A stretch of DNA of 64,000 nt from Tubulanus polymorphus. Taxonomy: Eukaryota; Animalia; Nemertea. The notes under the pieces are model-generated. The model saw nothing but the letters and a program-made list of their open reading frames with translations. It was not told where the DNA came from and searched no databases. Where the stretch lies: NCBI RefSeq assembly GCF_964204645.1, contig NW_027437452.1:1-64000 (forward strand), written 5' to 3'. Positions 38,101-53,000 of this stretch are shown in pieces. Numbering within the stretch: the first letter of the stretch is position 1; the number at the start of each line of letters is the position of its first letter. Position numbers and translations under genes: made by a program.

Positions 38101-41041
38101 GTTTTTGGGTCAAAATGTGCTTTTCCCGTCGATGTGAGCGCTTTTGCGCATCGACATTTTCATTTTTTCGATACGTGGAAAACTCGATGAGAAAACGTCT
38201 TTTCTCGCGCTGAACGACGTTTTTGGGTCGAAATGTGTCGAAATGTGCTTTTCCCGTCGATTTGAGCGCTTTTGCGCATCGACAATTTCATTTTTTCGAT
38301 ACGGGGAAAACTTGATGAGAAAACGTTTTTTCTCGCGCTGAACGACGTTTCTGGGTCGAAATGTGCTTTTCCCGTCGATTTGAGCGCTTTTGCGCATCGA
38401 CAATTTCATTTTTACGATACGGAGAAAACTTGATGAGAAAACGTCTTTTCTTGCGCTGAACGACGTTTTTGGGTCGAAATGTGCTTCTCCCGTCGATTTG
38501 AGCGCTTTTGCTTATCGATATTTTCATTTTTTCGATATGGGGAAGATCTGATGAAAAAACGTCTTTTCTCGCGCTTTACGACGTTTTCGGGTCGAAATGT
38601 GCTTTTCCCGTCGATTTGAGCGCTTTTGCTTATCGATATTTTCATTTTTTCGATATGGGGAAGATCTGATGAGAAAACGTCTTTTCTCACGCTGAACGAC
38701 GTTTTTGGGTCGAAATGTGTCGAAATGTGCTTTTTCCGTCGATTTGAGCGCTTTTGCGCATCGACAATTTCATTTTTTCGATACGGGGAGAACTTGATGA
38801 GAAAACGTCTTTTCTAGCGCTGAACGACGTTTACGGGTCGAAATGTATCGAAATGTGCTTTTCCCGACGATTTGAGCGCTTTTGCGTATCGACATTTTCA
38901 TTTTTTCGATACGGGGAAAACTTGATGAGAAAACGTCTTTTCTCGCGCTGAACGACGTTTTCGGGTCGAAATGTGTCGAAAGGTGCTTTTCCCGTCGATT
39001 TGAGCGCTTTTGCGTATCGGCATTTTCATTTTTTCGATACGGGGAAAACTTGATGACAAAACGTCTTTTCTCGCGCTGAACGACGTTTTCGGGTCGAAAT
39101 GTATCGAAATGTGCTTTTCCGTTCGATTTGAGCGCTTTTGCGTATCGACATTTTCATTTTTTCGATACGGGGAAAACTTGATGAGAAAACGTCTTTTCTC
39201 GCGCTGAACGACGTTTTCGGTTCGAAATGTGCTTTTCCCGTCGATTTGAGCGCTTTTGCGTATCGACATTTTCATTTTTTCGATACTGGGAAAACTTGAT
39301 GAGAAAACGTCTTTTCTCGCGCTGAACGACGTTTTCGGGTCGAAATGTATCGAAATGTGCTTTTCCGTTCGATTTGAGCGCTTTTGCGTATCGACATTTT
39401 CATTTTTTCGATACGGGGAAAACTTGATGAGAAAACGTCTTTCCTCGTGCTGAACGACGTTTACGGGTCGAAATGTGCTTTTCTCGTCGATTTGAGCGCT
39501 TTTGCGTATCGGCATTTTCATTTTTTCGATACGGGGAAAACTTGATGAGAAAACGTCTTTTCTCGCGCTGAACGACGTTTCTGGGTCGAAATGTGCTTTT
39601 CCCGTCGATTTGAGCGCTTTTGCGCATCGATATTTTTCATTTTTTCGATATGGGGAAGATCTGATGAGAAAACGTCTTTTCTCGCGCTTATCGACGTTTT
39701 CGGGTCGAATTTTCCGTCGATTTGAGCGCTTTTGCGCATCGACAATTTCATTTTTTCGATACGGAAAAAACTTGGTGAGAAAACGTCTTTTCTCGCGCTG
39801 AACGACGTTTTCGGGTCGAAATGTATCGAAATGTGCTTTTCCGTTCGATTTGAGCGCTTTTGCGTATCGACATTTTCATTTTTTCGATACGGGGAAAACT
39901 TGATGAGAAAACGTCTTTTCTCGCGCTGAACGACGTTTTTGGGTCGAAATGTGTCGAAATGTGCTTTTTCCGTCGATTTGAGCGCTTTTGCGCATCGACA
40001 ATTTCATTTTTTCGATACGGGGAAAACTTGATGAGAAAACGTCTTTTCTCGCGCTGAACGACGTTTCTGGGTCGAAATGTGCTTTTCCCGTCGATTTGAG
40101 CGCTTTTGCGCATCGACAATTTCATTTTTTCGATACGGAGAAAACTTGATGAGAAAACGTCTTTTCTCGCGCTGAACGACGTTTGCGGGTCGAAATGTAT
40201 CGAAATGTGCTTTTCCGTTCGATTTGAGCGCTTTTGCGTATCGACATTTTCATGTTTTCGATACGGGGAAAACTTGATGAGAAAACGTCTTTTCTCGCGC
40301 TGAACGACGTTTTCGGTTCGAAATGTGCTTTTCCCGTCGATTTGAGCGCTTTTGCGTATCGACATTTTCATTTTTTCGATACTGGGAAAACTTGATGAGA
40401 AAACGTCTTTTTACGCGCATAACGACGTTTCTGGGTCGAAATGTGCTTTTCTCGTAGATTTGAGCGCTTTTGCGCATCGACAATTTCATTTTTTCGATAC
40501 GGGGAAAACTTGATAAGAAAACGTCTTTTCTAGCGCTGAACGACGTTTTCGGGTCGAAATGTATCGAAATGTGCTTTTCCCGTCGATTTGAGCGCTTTTG
40601 CGTATCGACATTTTCATTTTTTCGATACTGGGAAAACTTGATGAGAAAACGTCTTTTCTCGCGCTGAACGACGTTTTTGGTTCGAAATGTGCTTTTCCCG
40701 TCGATGTGAGCGCTTTTGCGCATCGACATTTTCATTTTTTCGATACGTGGAAAACTCGATGAGAAAACGTCTTTTCTCGCGCTGAACGACGTTTTTGGGT
40801 CGAAATGTGCTTTTCCCGTCGATTTGAGCGCTTTTGCGCATCGACAATTTCATTTTTTCGATACGGGGAAAACTTGATGAGAAAACGTCTTTTCTCGCGC
40901 TGAACGACGTTTCTGGGTCGAAATGTGCTTTTCCCGTCGATTTGAGCGCTTTTGCGCATCGACAATTTCATTTTTTCGATATGGGGAAGATCTGATGAGA
41001 AAACGTCTTTTCTCGCGCTGAACGACGTTTTCGGGTCGAAA
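32146..41041. repeat. Satellite DNA subfamily A, third segment
   Basis: Same 118/128-bp monomers; last A-specific base at 40998. Confidence 0.98.
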
Positions 41042-44000
41042 AGTGCTTTTCCTGACGATTTGAGCGCTTTTACGCATCGACATTGTCGTTTTTCCGATAG
41101 GGGGAATATTTGATACGAAAACGTATTTTCTCGCGCTGTACGACGTTTTCGCGTCGAAAAGTGCTTTTCCTGACGATTTGAGCGCTTTTACGCATCGACA
41201 TTGTCGTTTTCCCGATAGGGGGAATATTTGATACGAAAACGTCTTTTCTCGCGCTGAACGACGTTTTCGGGTCGAAAAGTGCTTTTCCTGACGATTTGAG
41301 CGCTTTTACGCATCGACATTGTCGTTTTTCCGATAGGGGGAATATTTGATACGAAAACGTATTTTCTCGCGCTGTACGACGTTTTCGCGTCGAAAAGTGC
41401 TTTTCCTGACGATTTGAGCGCTTTTACGCATCGACATTGTCGTTTTCCCGATAGGGGGAATATTTGATACGAAAACGTCTTTTCTCGCGCTGAACGACGT
41501 TTTCGGGTCGAAAAGTGCTTTTCCTGACGATTTGAGCGCTTTTACGCATCGACATTGTCGTTTTTCCGATAGGGGGAATATTTGATACGAAAACGTCTTT
41601 TCTCGCGCTGAACGACGTTTTCGGGTCGAAAAGTGCTTTTCCTGACGATTTGAGCGCTTTTACGCATCGACATTGTCGTTTTTTCGATAGGGGGAATATT
41701 TGATACGAAAACGTCTTTTCTTGCGCTGAACGACGTTTTCGGGTCGAAAAGTGCTTTTCCTGACGATTTGAGCGCTTTTACGCATCGACATTGTCGTTTT
41801 TCCGATAGGGGGAATATTTGATACGAAAACGTATTTTCTCGCGCTGTACGAAGTTTTCGCGTCGAAAAGTGCTTTTCCTGACGATTTGAGCGCTTTTACG
41901 CATCGACATTGTCGTTTTTCCGATCGGGGGAATATTTGATACGAAAACGTCTTTTCTCGCGCTGTACGACGTTTTCGCGTCGAAAAGTGTTTTTCCTGAC
42001 GATTTGAGCGCTTTTACGCATCGACATTGTCGTTTTTTCGTTAGGGGGAATATTTGATACGAAAACGTCTTTTCTCGCGCTGAACGACGTTTTCGGGTCG
42101 AAAAGTGCTCTTCCTGACGATTTGAGCGCTTTTACGCATCGACATTGTCGTTTTTCCGATAGGGGGAATATTTGATACGAAAACGTATTTTCTCGCGCTG
42201 TACGACGTTTTCGCGTCGAAAAGTGCTTTTCCTGACGATTTGAGCGCTTTTACGCATCGACATTGTCGAATTCCCGATAGGGGGAATATTTGATACGAAA
42301 ACGTCTTTTCTCGCGCTGAACGACGTTTTCGGGTCGAAAAGTGCTTTTCCTGACGATTTGAGCGCTTTTACGCATCGACATTGTCGTTTTTCCGATAGGG
42401 GGAATATTTGATACGAAAACGTCTTTTCTCGCGCTGTACGACGTTTTCGCGTCGAAAAGTGTTTTTCCTGACGATTTGAGCGCTTTTACGCATCGACATT
42501 GTCGTTTTTTCGTTAGGGGGAATATTTGATACGAAAACGTCTTTTCTCGCGCTGAACGACGTTTTCGGGTCGAAAAGTGCTCTTCCTGACGATTTGAGCG
42601 CTTTTACGCATCGACATTGTCGTTTTTCCGATAGGGGGAATATTTGATACGAAAACGTATTTTCTCGCGCTGTACGAAGTTTTCGCGTCGAAAAGTGCTT
42701 TTCCTGACGATTTGAGCGCTTTTACGCATCGACATTGTCGTTTTTCCGATCGGGGGAATATTTGATACGAAAACGTCTTTTCTCGCGCTGTACGACGTTT
42801 TCGCGTCGAAAAGTGTTTTTCCTGACGATTTGAGCGCTTTTACGCATCGACATTGTCGTTTTTTCGTTAGGGGGAATATTTGATACGAAAACGTCTTTTC
42901 TCGCGCTGAACGACGTTTTCGGGTCGAAAAGTGCTCTTCCTGACGATTTGAGCGCTTTTACGCATCGACATTGTCGTTTTTCCGATAGGGGGAATATTTG
43001 ATACGAAAACGTATTTTCTCGCGCTGTACGACGTTTTCGCGTCGAAAAGTGCTTTTCCTGACGATTTGAGCGCTTTTACGCATCGACATTGTCGAATTCC
43101 CGATAGGGGGAATATTTGATACGAAAACGTCTTTTCTCGCGCTGAACGACGTTTTCGGGTCGAAAAGTGCTTTTCCTGACGATTTGAGCGCTTTTACGCA
43201 TCGACATTGTCGTTTTTCCGATAGGGGGAATATTTGATACGAAAACGTATTTTCTCGCGCTGTACGACGTTTTCGCGTCGAAAAGTGCTTTTCCTGACGA
43301 TTTGAGCGCTTTTACGCATCGACATTGTCGTTTTCCCGATAGGGGGAATATTTGATACGAAAACGTCTTTTCTCGCGCTGAACGACGTTTTCGGGTCGAA
43401 AAGTGCTTTTCCTGACGATTTGAGCGCTTTTACGCATCGACATTGTCGTTTTTCCGATAGGGGGAATATTTGATACGAAAACGTCTTTTCTCGCGCTGAA
43501 CGACGTTTTCGGGTCGAAAAGTGCTTTTCCTGACGATTTGAGCGCTTTTACGCATCGACATTGTCGTTTTTTCGATAGGGGGAATATTTGATACGAAAAC
43601 GTCTTTTCTCGCGCTGAACGACGTTTTCGGGTCGAAAAGTGCTTTTCCTGACGATTTGAGCGCTTTTACGCATCGACATTGTCGTTTTTTCGATAGGGGG
43701 AATATTTGATACGAAAACGTCTTTTCTCGCGCTGAACGACGTTTTCGCGTCGAAAAGTGCTTTTCCTGACGATTTGAGCGCTTTTACGCATCGACATTGT
43801 CGTTTTTCCGATAGGGGGAATATTTGATACGAAAACGTATTTTCTCGCGCTGTACGACGTTTTCGCGTCGAAAAGTGCTTTTCCTGACGATTTGAGCGCT
43901 TTTACGCATCGACATTGTCGTTTTTCCGATCGGGGGAATATTTGATACGAAAACGTCTTTTCTCGCGCTGAACGACGTTTTCGGGTCGAAAAGTGCTTTT

Positions 44001-47000
44001 CCTGACGATTTGAGCGCTTTTACGCATCGACATTGTCGTTTTCCCGATAGGGGGAATATTTGATACGAAAACGTCTTTTCTCGCGCTGAACGACGTTTTC
44101 GGGTCGAAAAGTGCTTTTCCTGACGATTTGAGCGCTTTTACGCATCGACATTGTCGTTTTTCCGATAGGGGGAATATTTGATACGAAAACGTCTTTTCTC
44201 GCGGTGAACGACGTTTTCGGGTCGAAAAGTGCTTTTCCTGACGATTTGAGCGCTTTTACGCATCGACATTGTCGTTTTTTCGATAGGGGGAATATTTGAT
44301 ACGAAAACGTCTTTTCTCGCGCTGAACGACGTTTTCGGGTCGAAAAGTGCTTTTCCTGACGATTTGAGCGCTTTTACGCATCGACATTGTCGTTTTTCCG
44401 ATAGGGGGAATATTTGATACGAAAACGTATTTTCTCGCGCTGTACGACGTTTTCGCGTCGAAAAGTGCTTTTCCTGACGATTTGAGCGCTTTTACGCATC
44501 GACATTGTCGTTTTTCCGATCGGGGGAATATTTGATACGAAAACGTCTTTTCTCGCGCTGTACGACGTTTTCGCGTCGAAAAGTGTTTTTCCTGACGATT
44601 TGAGCGCTTTTACGCATCGACATTGTCGTTTTCCCGATAGGGGGAATATTTGATACGAAAACGTCTTTTCTCGCGCTGAACGACGTTTTCGGGTCGAAAA
44701 GTGCTTTTCCTGACGATTTGAGCGCTTTTACGCATCGACATTGTCGTTTTTCCGATAGGGGGAATATTTGATACGAAAACGTCTTTTCTCGCGCTGAACG
44801 ACGTTTTTGGGTCGAAAAGTGTTTTTCCTGACGATTTGAGCGCTTTTACGCATCGACATTGTCGTTTTTTCGTTAGGGGGAATATTTGATACGAAAACGT
44901 CTTTTCTCGCGCTGAACGACGTTTTCGGGTCGAAAAGTGCTCTTCCTGACGATTTGAGCGCTTTTACGCATCGACATTGTCGTTTTTCCGATAGGGGGAA
45001 TATTTGATACGAAAACGTATTTTCTCGCGCTGTACGACGTTTTCGCGTCGAAAAGTGCTTTTCCTGACGATTTGAGCGCTTTTACGCATCGACATTGTCG
45101 AATTCCCGATAGGGGGAATATTTGATACGAAAACGTCTTTTCTCGCGCTGAACGACGTTTTCGGGTCGAAAAGTGCTTTTCCTGACGATTTGAGCGCTTT
45201 TACGCATCGACATTGTCGTTTTTCCGATAGGGGGAATATTTGATACGAAAACGTATTTTCTCGCGCTGTACGACGTTTTCGCGTCGAAAAGTGCTTTTCC
45301 TGACGATTTGAGCGCTTTTACGCATCGACATTGTCGTTTTCCCGATAGGGGGAATATTTGATACGAAAACGTCTTTTCTCGCGCTGAACGACGTTTTCGG
45401 GTCGAAAAGTGCTTTTCCTGACGATTTGAGCGCTTTTACGCATCGACATTGTCGTTTTTCCGATAGGGGGAATATTTGATACGAAAACGTCTTTTCTCGC
45501 GCTGAACGACGTTTTCGGGTCGAAAAGTGCTTTTCCTGACGATTTGAGCGCTTTTACGCATCGACATTGTCGTTTTTTCGATAGGGGGAATATTTGATAC
45601 GAAAACGTCTTTTCTCGCGCTGAACGACGTTTTCGGGTCGAAAAGTGCTTTTCCTGACGATTTGAGCGCTTTTACGCATCGACATTGTCGTTTTTTCGAT
45701 AGGGGGAATATTTGATACGAAAACGTCTTTTCTCGCGCTGAACGACGTTTTCGCGTCGAAAAGTGCTTTTCCTGACGATTTGAGCGCTTTTACGCATCGA
45801 CATTGTCGTTTTTCCGATAGGGGGAATATTTGATACGAAAACGTATTTTCTCGCGCTGTACGACGTTTTCGGGTCGAAAAGTGCTTTTCCTGACGATTTG
45901 AGCGCTTTTACGCATCGACATTGTCGTTTTTTCGATAGGGGGAATATTTGATACGAAAACGTCTTTTCTCGCGCTGAACGACGTTTTCGCGTCGAAAAGT
46001 GCTTTTCCTGACGATTTGAGCGCTTTTACGCATCGACATTGTCGTTTTTCCGATAGGGGGAATATTTGATACGAAAACGTATTTTCTCGCGCTGTACGAC
46101 GTTTTCGCGTCGAAAAGTGCTTTTCCTGACGATTTGAGCGCTTTTACGCATCGACATTGTCGTTTTTCCGATCGGGGGAATATTTGATACGAAAACGTCT
46201 TTTCTCGCGCTGAACGACGTTTTCGGGTCGAAAAGTGCTTTTCCTGACGATTTGAGCGCTTTTACGCATCGACATTGTCGTTTTCCCGATAGGGGGAATA
46301 TTTGATACGAAAACGTCTTTTCTCGCGCTGAACGACGTTTTCGGGTCGAAAAGTGCTTTTCCTGACGATTTGAGCGCTTTTACGCATCGACATTGTCGTT
46401 TTTCCGATAGGGGGAATATTTGATACGAAAACGTCTTTTCTCGCGGTGAACGACGTTTTCGGGTCGAAAAGTGCTTTTCCTGACGATTTGAGCGCTTTTA
46501 CGCATCGACATTGTCGTTTTTTCGATAGGGGGAATATTTGATACGAAAACGTCTTTTCTCGCGCTGAACGACGTTTTCGGGTCGAAAAGTGCTTTTCCTG
46601 ACGATTTGAGCGCTTTTACGCATCGACATTGTCGTTTTTCCGATAGGGGGAATATTTGATACGAAAACGTATTTTCTCGCGCTGTACGACGTTTTCGCGT
46701 CGAAAAGTGCTTTTCCTGACGATTTGAGCGCTTTTACGCATCGACATTGTCGTTTTTCCGATCGGGGGAATATTTGATACGAAAACGTCTTTTCTCGCGC
46801 TGTACGACGTTTTCGCGTCGAAAAGTGTTTTTCCTGACGATTTGAGCGCTTTTACGCATCGACATTGTCGTTTTCCCGATAGGGGGAATATTTGATACGA
46901 AAACGTCTTTTCTCGCGCTGAACGACGTTTTCGGGTCGAAAAGTGCTTTTCCTGACGATTTGAGCGCTTTTACGCATCGACATTGTCGTTTTTCCGATAG

Positions 47001-50000
47001 GGGGAATATTTGATACGAAAACGTCTTTTCTCACGCTGAACGACGTTTTTGGGTCGAAAAGTGTTTTTCCTGACGATTTGAGCGCTTTTACGCATCGACA
47101 TTGTCGTTTTTTCGTTAGGGGGAATATTTGATACGAAAACGTCTTTTCTCGCGCTGAACGACGTTTTCGGGTCGAAAAGTGCTCTTCCTGACGATTTGAG
47201 CGCTTTTACGCATCGACATTGTCGTTTTTCCGATAGGGGGAATATTTGATACGAAAACGTATTTTCTCGCGCTGTACGACGTTTTCGCGTCGAAAAGTGC
47301 TTTTCCTGACGATTTGAGCGCTTTTACGCATCGACATTGTCGAATTCCCGATAGGGGGAATATTTGATACGAAAACGTCTTTTCTCGCGCTGAACGACGT
47401 TTTCGGGTCGAAAAGTGCTTTTCCTGACGATTTGAGCGCTTTTACGCATCGACATTGTCGTTTTTCCGATAGGGGGAATATTTGATACGAAAACGTATTT
47501 TCTCGCGCTGTACGACGTTTTCGCGTCGAAAAGTGCTTTTCCTGACGATTTGAGCGCTTTTACGCATCGACATTGTCGTTTTCCCGATAGGGGGAATATT
47601 TGATACGAAAACGTCTTTTCTCGCGCTGAACGACGTTTTCGGGTCGAAAAGTGCTTTTCCTGACGATTTGAGCGCTTTTACGCATCGACATTGTCGTTTT
47701 TCCGATAGGGGGAATATTTGATACGAAAACGTCTTTTCTCGCGCTGAACGACGTTTTCGGGTCGAAAAGTGCTTTTCCTGACGATTTGAGCGCTTTTACG
47801 CATCGACATTGTCGTTTTTTCGATAGGGGGAATATTTGATACGAAAACGTCTTTTCTCGCGCTGAACGACGTTTTCGGGTCGAAAAGTGCTTTTCCTGAC
47901 GATTTGAGCGCTTTTACGCATCGACATTGTCGTTTTTTCGATAGGGGGAATATTTGATACGAAAACGTCTTTTCTCGCGCTGAACGACGTTTTCGCGTCG
48001 AAAAGTGCTTTTCCTGACGATTTGAGCGCTTTTACGCATCGACATTGTCGTTTTTCCGATAGGGGGAATATTTGATACGAAAACGTATTTTCTCGCGCTG
48101 TACGACGTTTTCGCGTCGAAAAGTGCTTTTCCTGACGATTTGAGCGCTTTTACGCATCGACATTGTCGTTTTTCCGATCGGGGGAATATTTGATACGAAA
48201 ACGTCTTTTCTCGCGCTGAACGACGTTTTCGGGTCGAAAAGTGCTTTTCCTGACGATTTGAGCGCTTTTACGCATCGACATTGTCGTTTTCCCGATAGGG
48301 GGAATATTTGATACGAAAACGTCTTTTCTCGCGCTGAACGACGTTTTCGGGTCGAAAAGTGCTTTTCCTGACGATTTGAGCGCTTTTACGCATCGACATT
48401 GTCGTTTTTCCGATAGGGGGAATATTTGATACGAAAACGTCTTTTCTCGCGGTGAACGACGTTTTCGGGTCGAAAAGTGCTTTTCCTGACGATTTGAGCG
48501 CTTTTACGCATCGACATTGTCGTTTTTTCGATAGGGGGAATATTTGATACGAAAACGTCTTTTCTCGCGCTGAACGACGTTTTCGGGTCGAAAAGTGCTT
48601 TTCCTGACGATTTGAGCGCTTTTACGCATCGACATTGTCGTTTTTCCGATAGGGGGAATATTTGATACGAAAACGTATTTTCTCGCGCTGTACGACGTTT
48701 TCGCGTCGAAAAGTGCTTTTCCTGACGATTTGAGCGCTTTTACGCATCGACATTGTCGTTTTTCCGATCGGGGGAATATTTGATACGAAAACGTCTTTTC
48801 TCGCGCTGTACGACGTTTTCGCGTCGAAAAGTGTTTTTCCTGACGATTTGAGCGCTTTTACGCATCGACATTGTCGTTTTCCCGATAGGGGGAATATTTG
48901 ATACGAAAACGTCTTTTCTCGCGCTGAACGACGTTTTCGGGTCGAAAAGTGCTTTTCCTGACGATTTGAGCGCTTTTACGCACATTGTCGTTTTCCCGAT
49001 AGGGGGAATATTTGATACGAAAACGTCTTTTCTCGCGCTGAACGACGTTTTCGGGTCGAAAAGTGCTTTTCCTGACGATTTGAGCGCTTTTACGCATCGA
49101 CATTGTCGTTTTTTCCGATAGGGGGAATATTTGATACGAAAACGTCTTTTCTCGCGCTGAACGACGTTTTCGGGTCGAAAAGTGCTTTTCCTGACGATTT
49201 GAGCGCTTTTACGCATCGACATTGTCGTTTTTTCGATAGGGGGAATATTTGATACGAAAACGTCTTTTCTCGCGCTGAACGACGTTTTCGGGTCGAAAAG
49301 TGCTTTTCCTGACGATTTGAGCGCTTTTACGCATCGACATTGTCGTTTTTTCCGATAGGGGGAATATTTGATACGAAAACGTCTTTTCTCGCGCTGAACG
49401 ACGTTTTCGGGTCGAAAATTGCTTTTCCTGACGATTTGAGCGCTTTTACGCATCGACATTGTCGTTTTCCCGATAGGGGGAATATTTGATACGAAAACGT
49501 CTTTTCTCGCGCTGAACGACGTTTTCGGGTCGAAAAGTGCTTTTCCTGACGATTTGAGCGCTTTTACGCATCGACATTGTCGTTTTTTCGATAGGGGGAA
49601 TATGTGATACGAAAACGTCTTTTCTCGCGCTGAACGACGTTTTCGCGTCGAAAAGTGCTTTTCCTGACGATTTGAGCGCTTTTACGCATCGACATTGTCG
49701 TTTTTCCGATCGGGGGAATATTTGATACGAAAACGTCTTTTCTCGCGCTGTACGACGTTTTTGCGTCGAAAAGTGCTTTTCCTGACGATTTGAGCGCTTT
49801 TACGCATCGACATTGTCGTTTTCCCGATAGGGGGAATATTTGATACGAAAACGTCTTTTCTCGCGCTGAACGACGTTTTCGGTCCGAAAAGTGCTTTTCC
49901 TGACGATTTGAGCGCTTTTACGCATCGACATTGTCGTTTTCCCGATAGGGGGAATATTTGATACGAAAACGTCTTTTCTCGCGCTGAACGACGTTTTTGG

Positions 50001-53000
50001 GTCGAAAAGTGCTTTTCCTGACGATTTGAGCGCTTTTACGCATCGACATTGTCGTTTTTTCGATAGGGGGAATATTTGATACGAAAACGTCTTTTCTCGC
50101 GCTGAACGACGTTTTCGGGTCGAAAAGTGCTTTTCCTGACGATTTGAGCGCTTTTACGCATCGACATTGTCGTTTTTCCGATAGGGGGAATATTTGATAC
50201 GAAAACGTCTTTTCTCGCGCTGAACGACGTTTTCGGGTCGAAAAGTGCTTTTCCTGACGATTTGAGCGCTTTTACGCATCGACATTGTCGTTTTCCCGAT
50301 AGGGGGAATATTTGATACGAAAACGTCTTTTCTCGCGCTGAACGACGTTTTCGGGTCGAAAAGTGCTTTTTCCTGACGATTTGAGCGCTTTTACGCATCG
50401 ACATTGTCGTTTTTTCGATAGGGGGAATATTTGATACGAAAACGTCTTTTCTCGCGCTGAACGACGTTTTCGCGTCGAAAAGTGCTTTTCCTGACGATTT
50501 GAGCGCTTTTACGCATCGACATTGTCGTTTTTCCGATAGGGGGAATATTTGATACGAAAACGTCTTTTCTCGCGCTGTACGACGTTTTTGCGTCGAAAAG
50601 TGCTTTTCCTGACGATTTGAGCGCTTTTACGCATCGACATTGTCGTTTTCCGGATAGGGGGAATATTTGATACGAAAACGTCTTTTCTCGCGCTGAACGA
50701 CGTTTTCGGTCCGAAAAGTGCTTTTCCTGACGATTTGAGCGCTTTTACGCATCGACATTGTCGTTTTCCCGATAGGGGGAATATTTGATACGAAAACGTC
50801 TTTTCTCGCGCTGAACGACGTTTTTGGGTCGAAAAGTGCTTTTCCTGACGATTTGAGCGCTTTTACGCATCGACATTGTCGTTTTTTCGATAGGGGGAAT
50901 ATTTGATACGAAAACGTCTTTTCTCGCGCTGAACGACGTTTTCGCGTCGAAAAGTGCTTTTCCTGACGATTTGAGCGCTTTTACGCATCGACATTGTCGT
51001 TTTTCCGATAGGGGGAATATTTGATACGAAAACGTCTTTTCTCGCGCTGTACGACGTTTTTGCGTCGAAAAGTGCTTTTCCTGACGATTTGAGCGCTTTT
51101 ACGCATCGACATTGTCGTTTTCCCGATAGGGGGAATATTTGATACGAAAACGTCTTTTCTCGCGCTGAACGACGTTTACGGGTCGAAAAGTGCTTTTCCT
51201 GACGATTTGAGCGCTTTTACGCATCGACATTGTCGTTTTTCCGATAGGGGGAATATTTGATACGAAAACGTCTTTTCTCGCGCTGTACGACGTTATTGCG
51301 TCGAAAAGTGCTTTTCCTGACGATTTGAGCGCTTTTACGCATCGACATTGTCGTTTTCTGGATAGGGGGAATATTTGATACGAAAACGTCTTTTCTCGCG
51401 CTGAACGACGTTTTCGGTCCGAAAAGTGCTTTTCCTGACGATTTGAGCGCTTTTACGCATCGACATTGTCGTTTTCCCGATAGGGGGAATATTTGATACG
51501 AAAACGTCTTTTCTCGCGCTGAACGACGTTTTTGCGTCGAAAAGTGCTTTTCCTGACGATTTGAGCGCTTTTACGCATCGACATTGTCGTTTTCCCGATA
51601 GGGGGAATATTTGATACGAAAACGTCTTTTCTCGCGCTGAACGACGTTTAAGGGTCGAAAAGTGCTTTTCCTGACGATTTGAGCGCTTTTACGCATCGAC
51701 ATTGTCGTTTTTCCGATAGGGGGAATATTTGATACGAAAACGTCTCTTCTCGCGCTGAACGACGTTTTCGGGTCGAAAAGTGCTTTTCCTGACGATTTGA
51801 GCGCTTTTACGCATCGACATTGTCATTTTTTCGATAGGGGGAATATTTGATACGAAAACGTCTTTTCTCGCGCTGAACGACGTTTTCGCGTCGAAAAGTG
51901 CTTTACCTGACGATTTGAGCGCTTTTACGCATCGACATTGTCGTTTTTCCGATAGGGGGAATATTTGATACGAAAACGTCTTTTCTCGCGCTGTACGACG
52001 TTTTTGCGTCGAAAAGTGCTTTTCCTGACGATTTGAGCGCTTTTACGCATCGACATTGTCGTTTTCTCGATAGGGGGAATATTTGATACGAAAACTTCTT
52101 TTCTCGCGCTGAACGACGTTTTCGGGTCGAAAAGTGCTTTTCCTGACGATTTGAGCGCTTTTACGCATCGACATTGTCGTTTTTCCGATAGGGGGAATAT
52201 TTGATACGAAAACGTCTTTTCTCGCGCTGAACGACGTTTTCGGGTCGAAAAGTGCTTTTCCTGACGATTTGAGCGCTTTTACGCATCGACATTGTCGTTT
52301 TCCCGATAGGGTGAATATTTGATACGAAAACGTCTTTTCTCGCGCTGAACGACGTTTTCGGGTCGAAAAGTGCTTTTCCTGACGATTTGAGCGCTTTTAC
52401 GCATCGACATTGTCGTTTTTTCGATAGGGGGAATATTTGATACGAAAACGTCTTTTCTCGCGCTGAACGACGTTTTCGCGTCGAAAAGTGCTTTTCCTGA
52501 CGATTTGAGCGCTTTTACGCATCGACATTGTCGTTTTTCCGATAGGGGGAATATTTGATACGAAAACGTCTTTTCTCGCGCTGTACGACGTTTTTGCGTC
52601 GAAAAGTGCTTTTCCTGACGATTTGAGCGCTTTTACGCATCGACATTGTCGTTTTCCGGATAGGGGGAATATTTGATACGAAAACGTCTTTTCTCGCGCT
52701 GAACGACGTTTTCGGTCCGAAAAGTGCTTTTCCTGACCATTTGAGCGCTTTTACGCATCGACATTGTCGTTTTCCCGATAGGGGGAATATTTGATACGAA
52801 AACGTCTTTTCTCGCGCTGAACGACGTTTTCGGGTCGAAAAGTGCTTTTCCTGACGATTTGAGCGCTTTTACGCATCGACATTGTCGTTTTTCCGATAGG
52901 GGGAATATTTGATACGAAAACGTCTTTTCTCGCGCTGAACGACGTTTTCGGGTCGAAAAGTGCTTTTCCTGACGATTTGAGCGCTTTTACGCATCGACAT

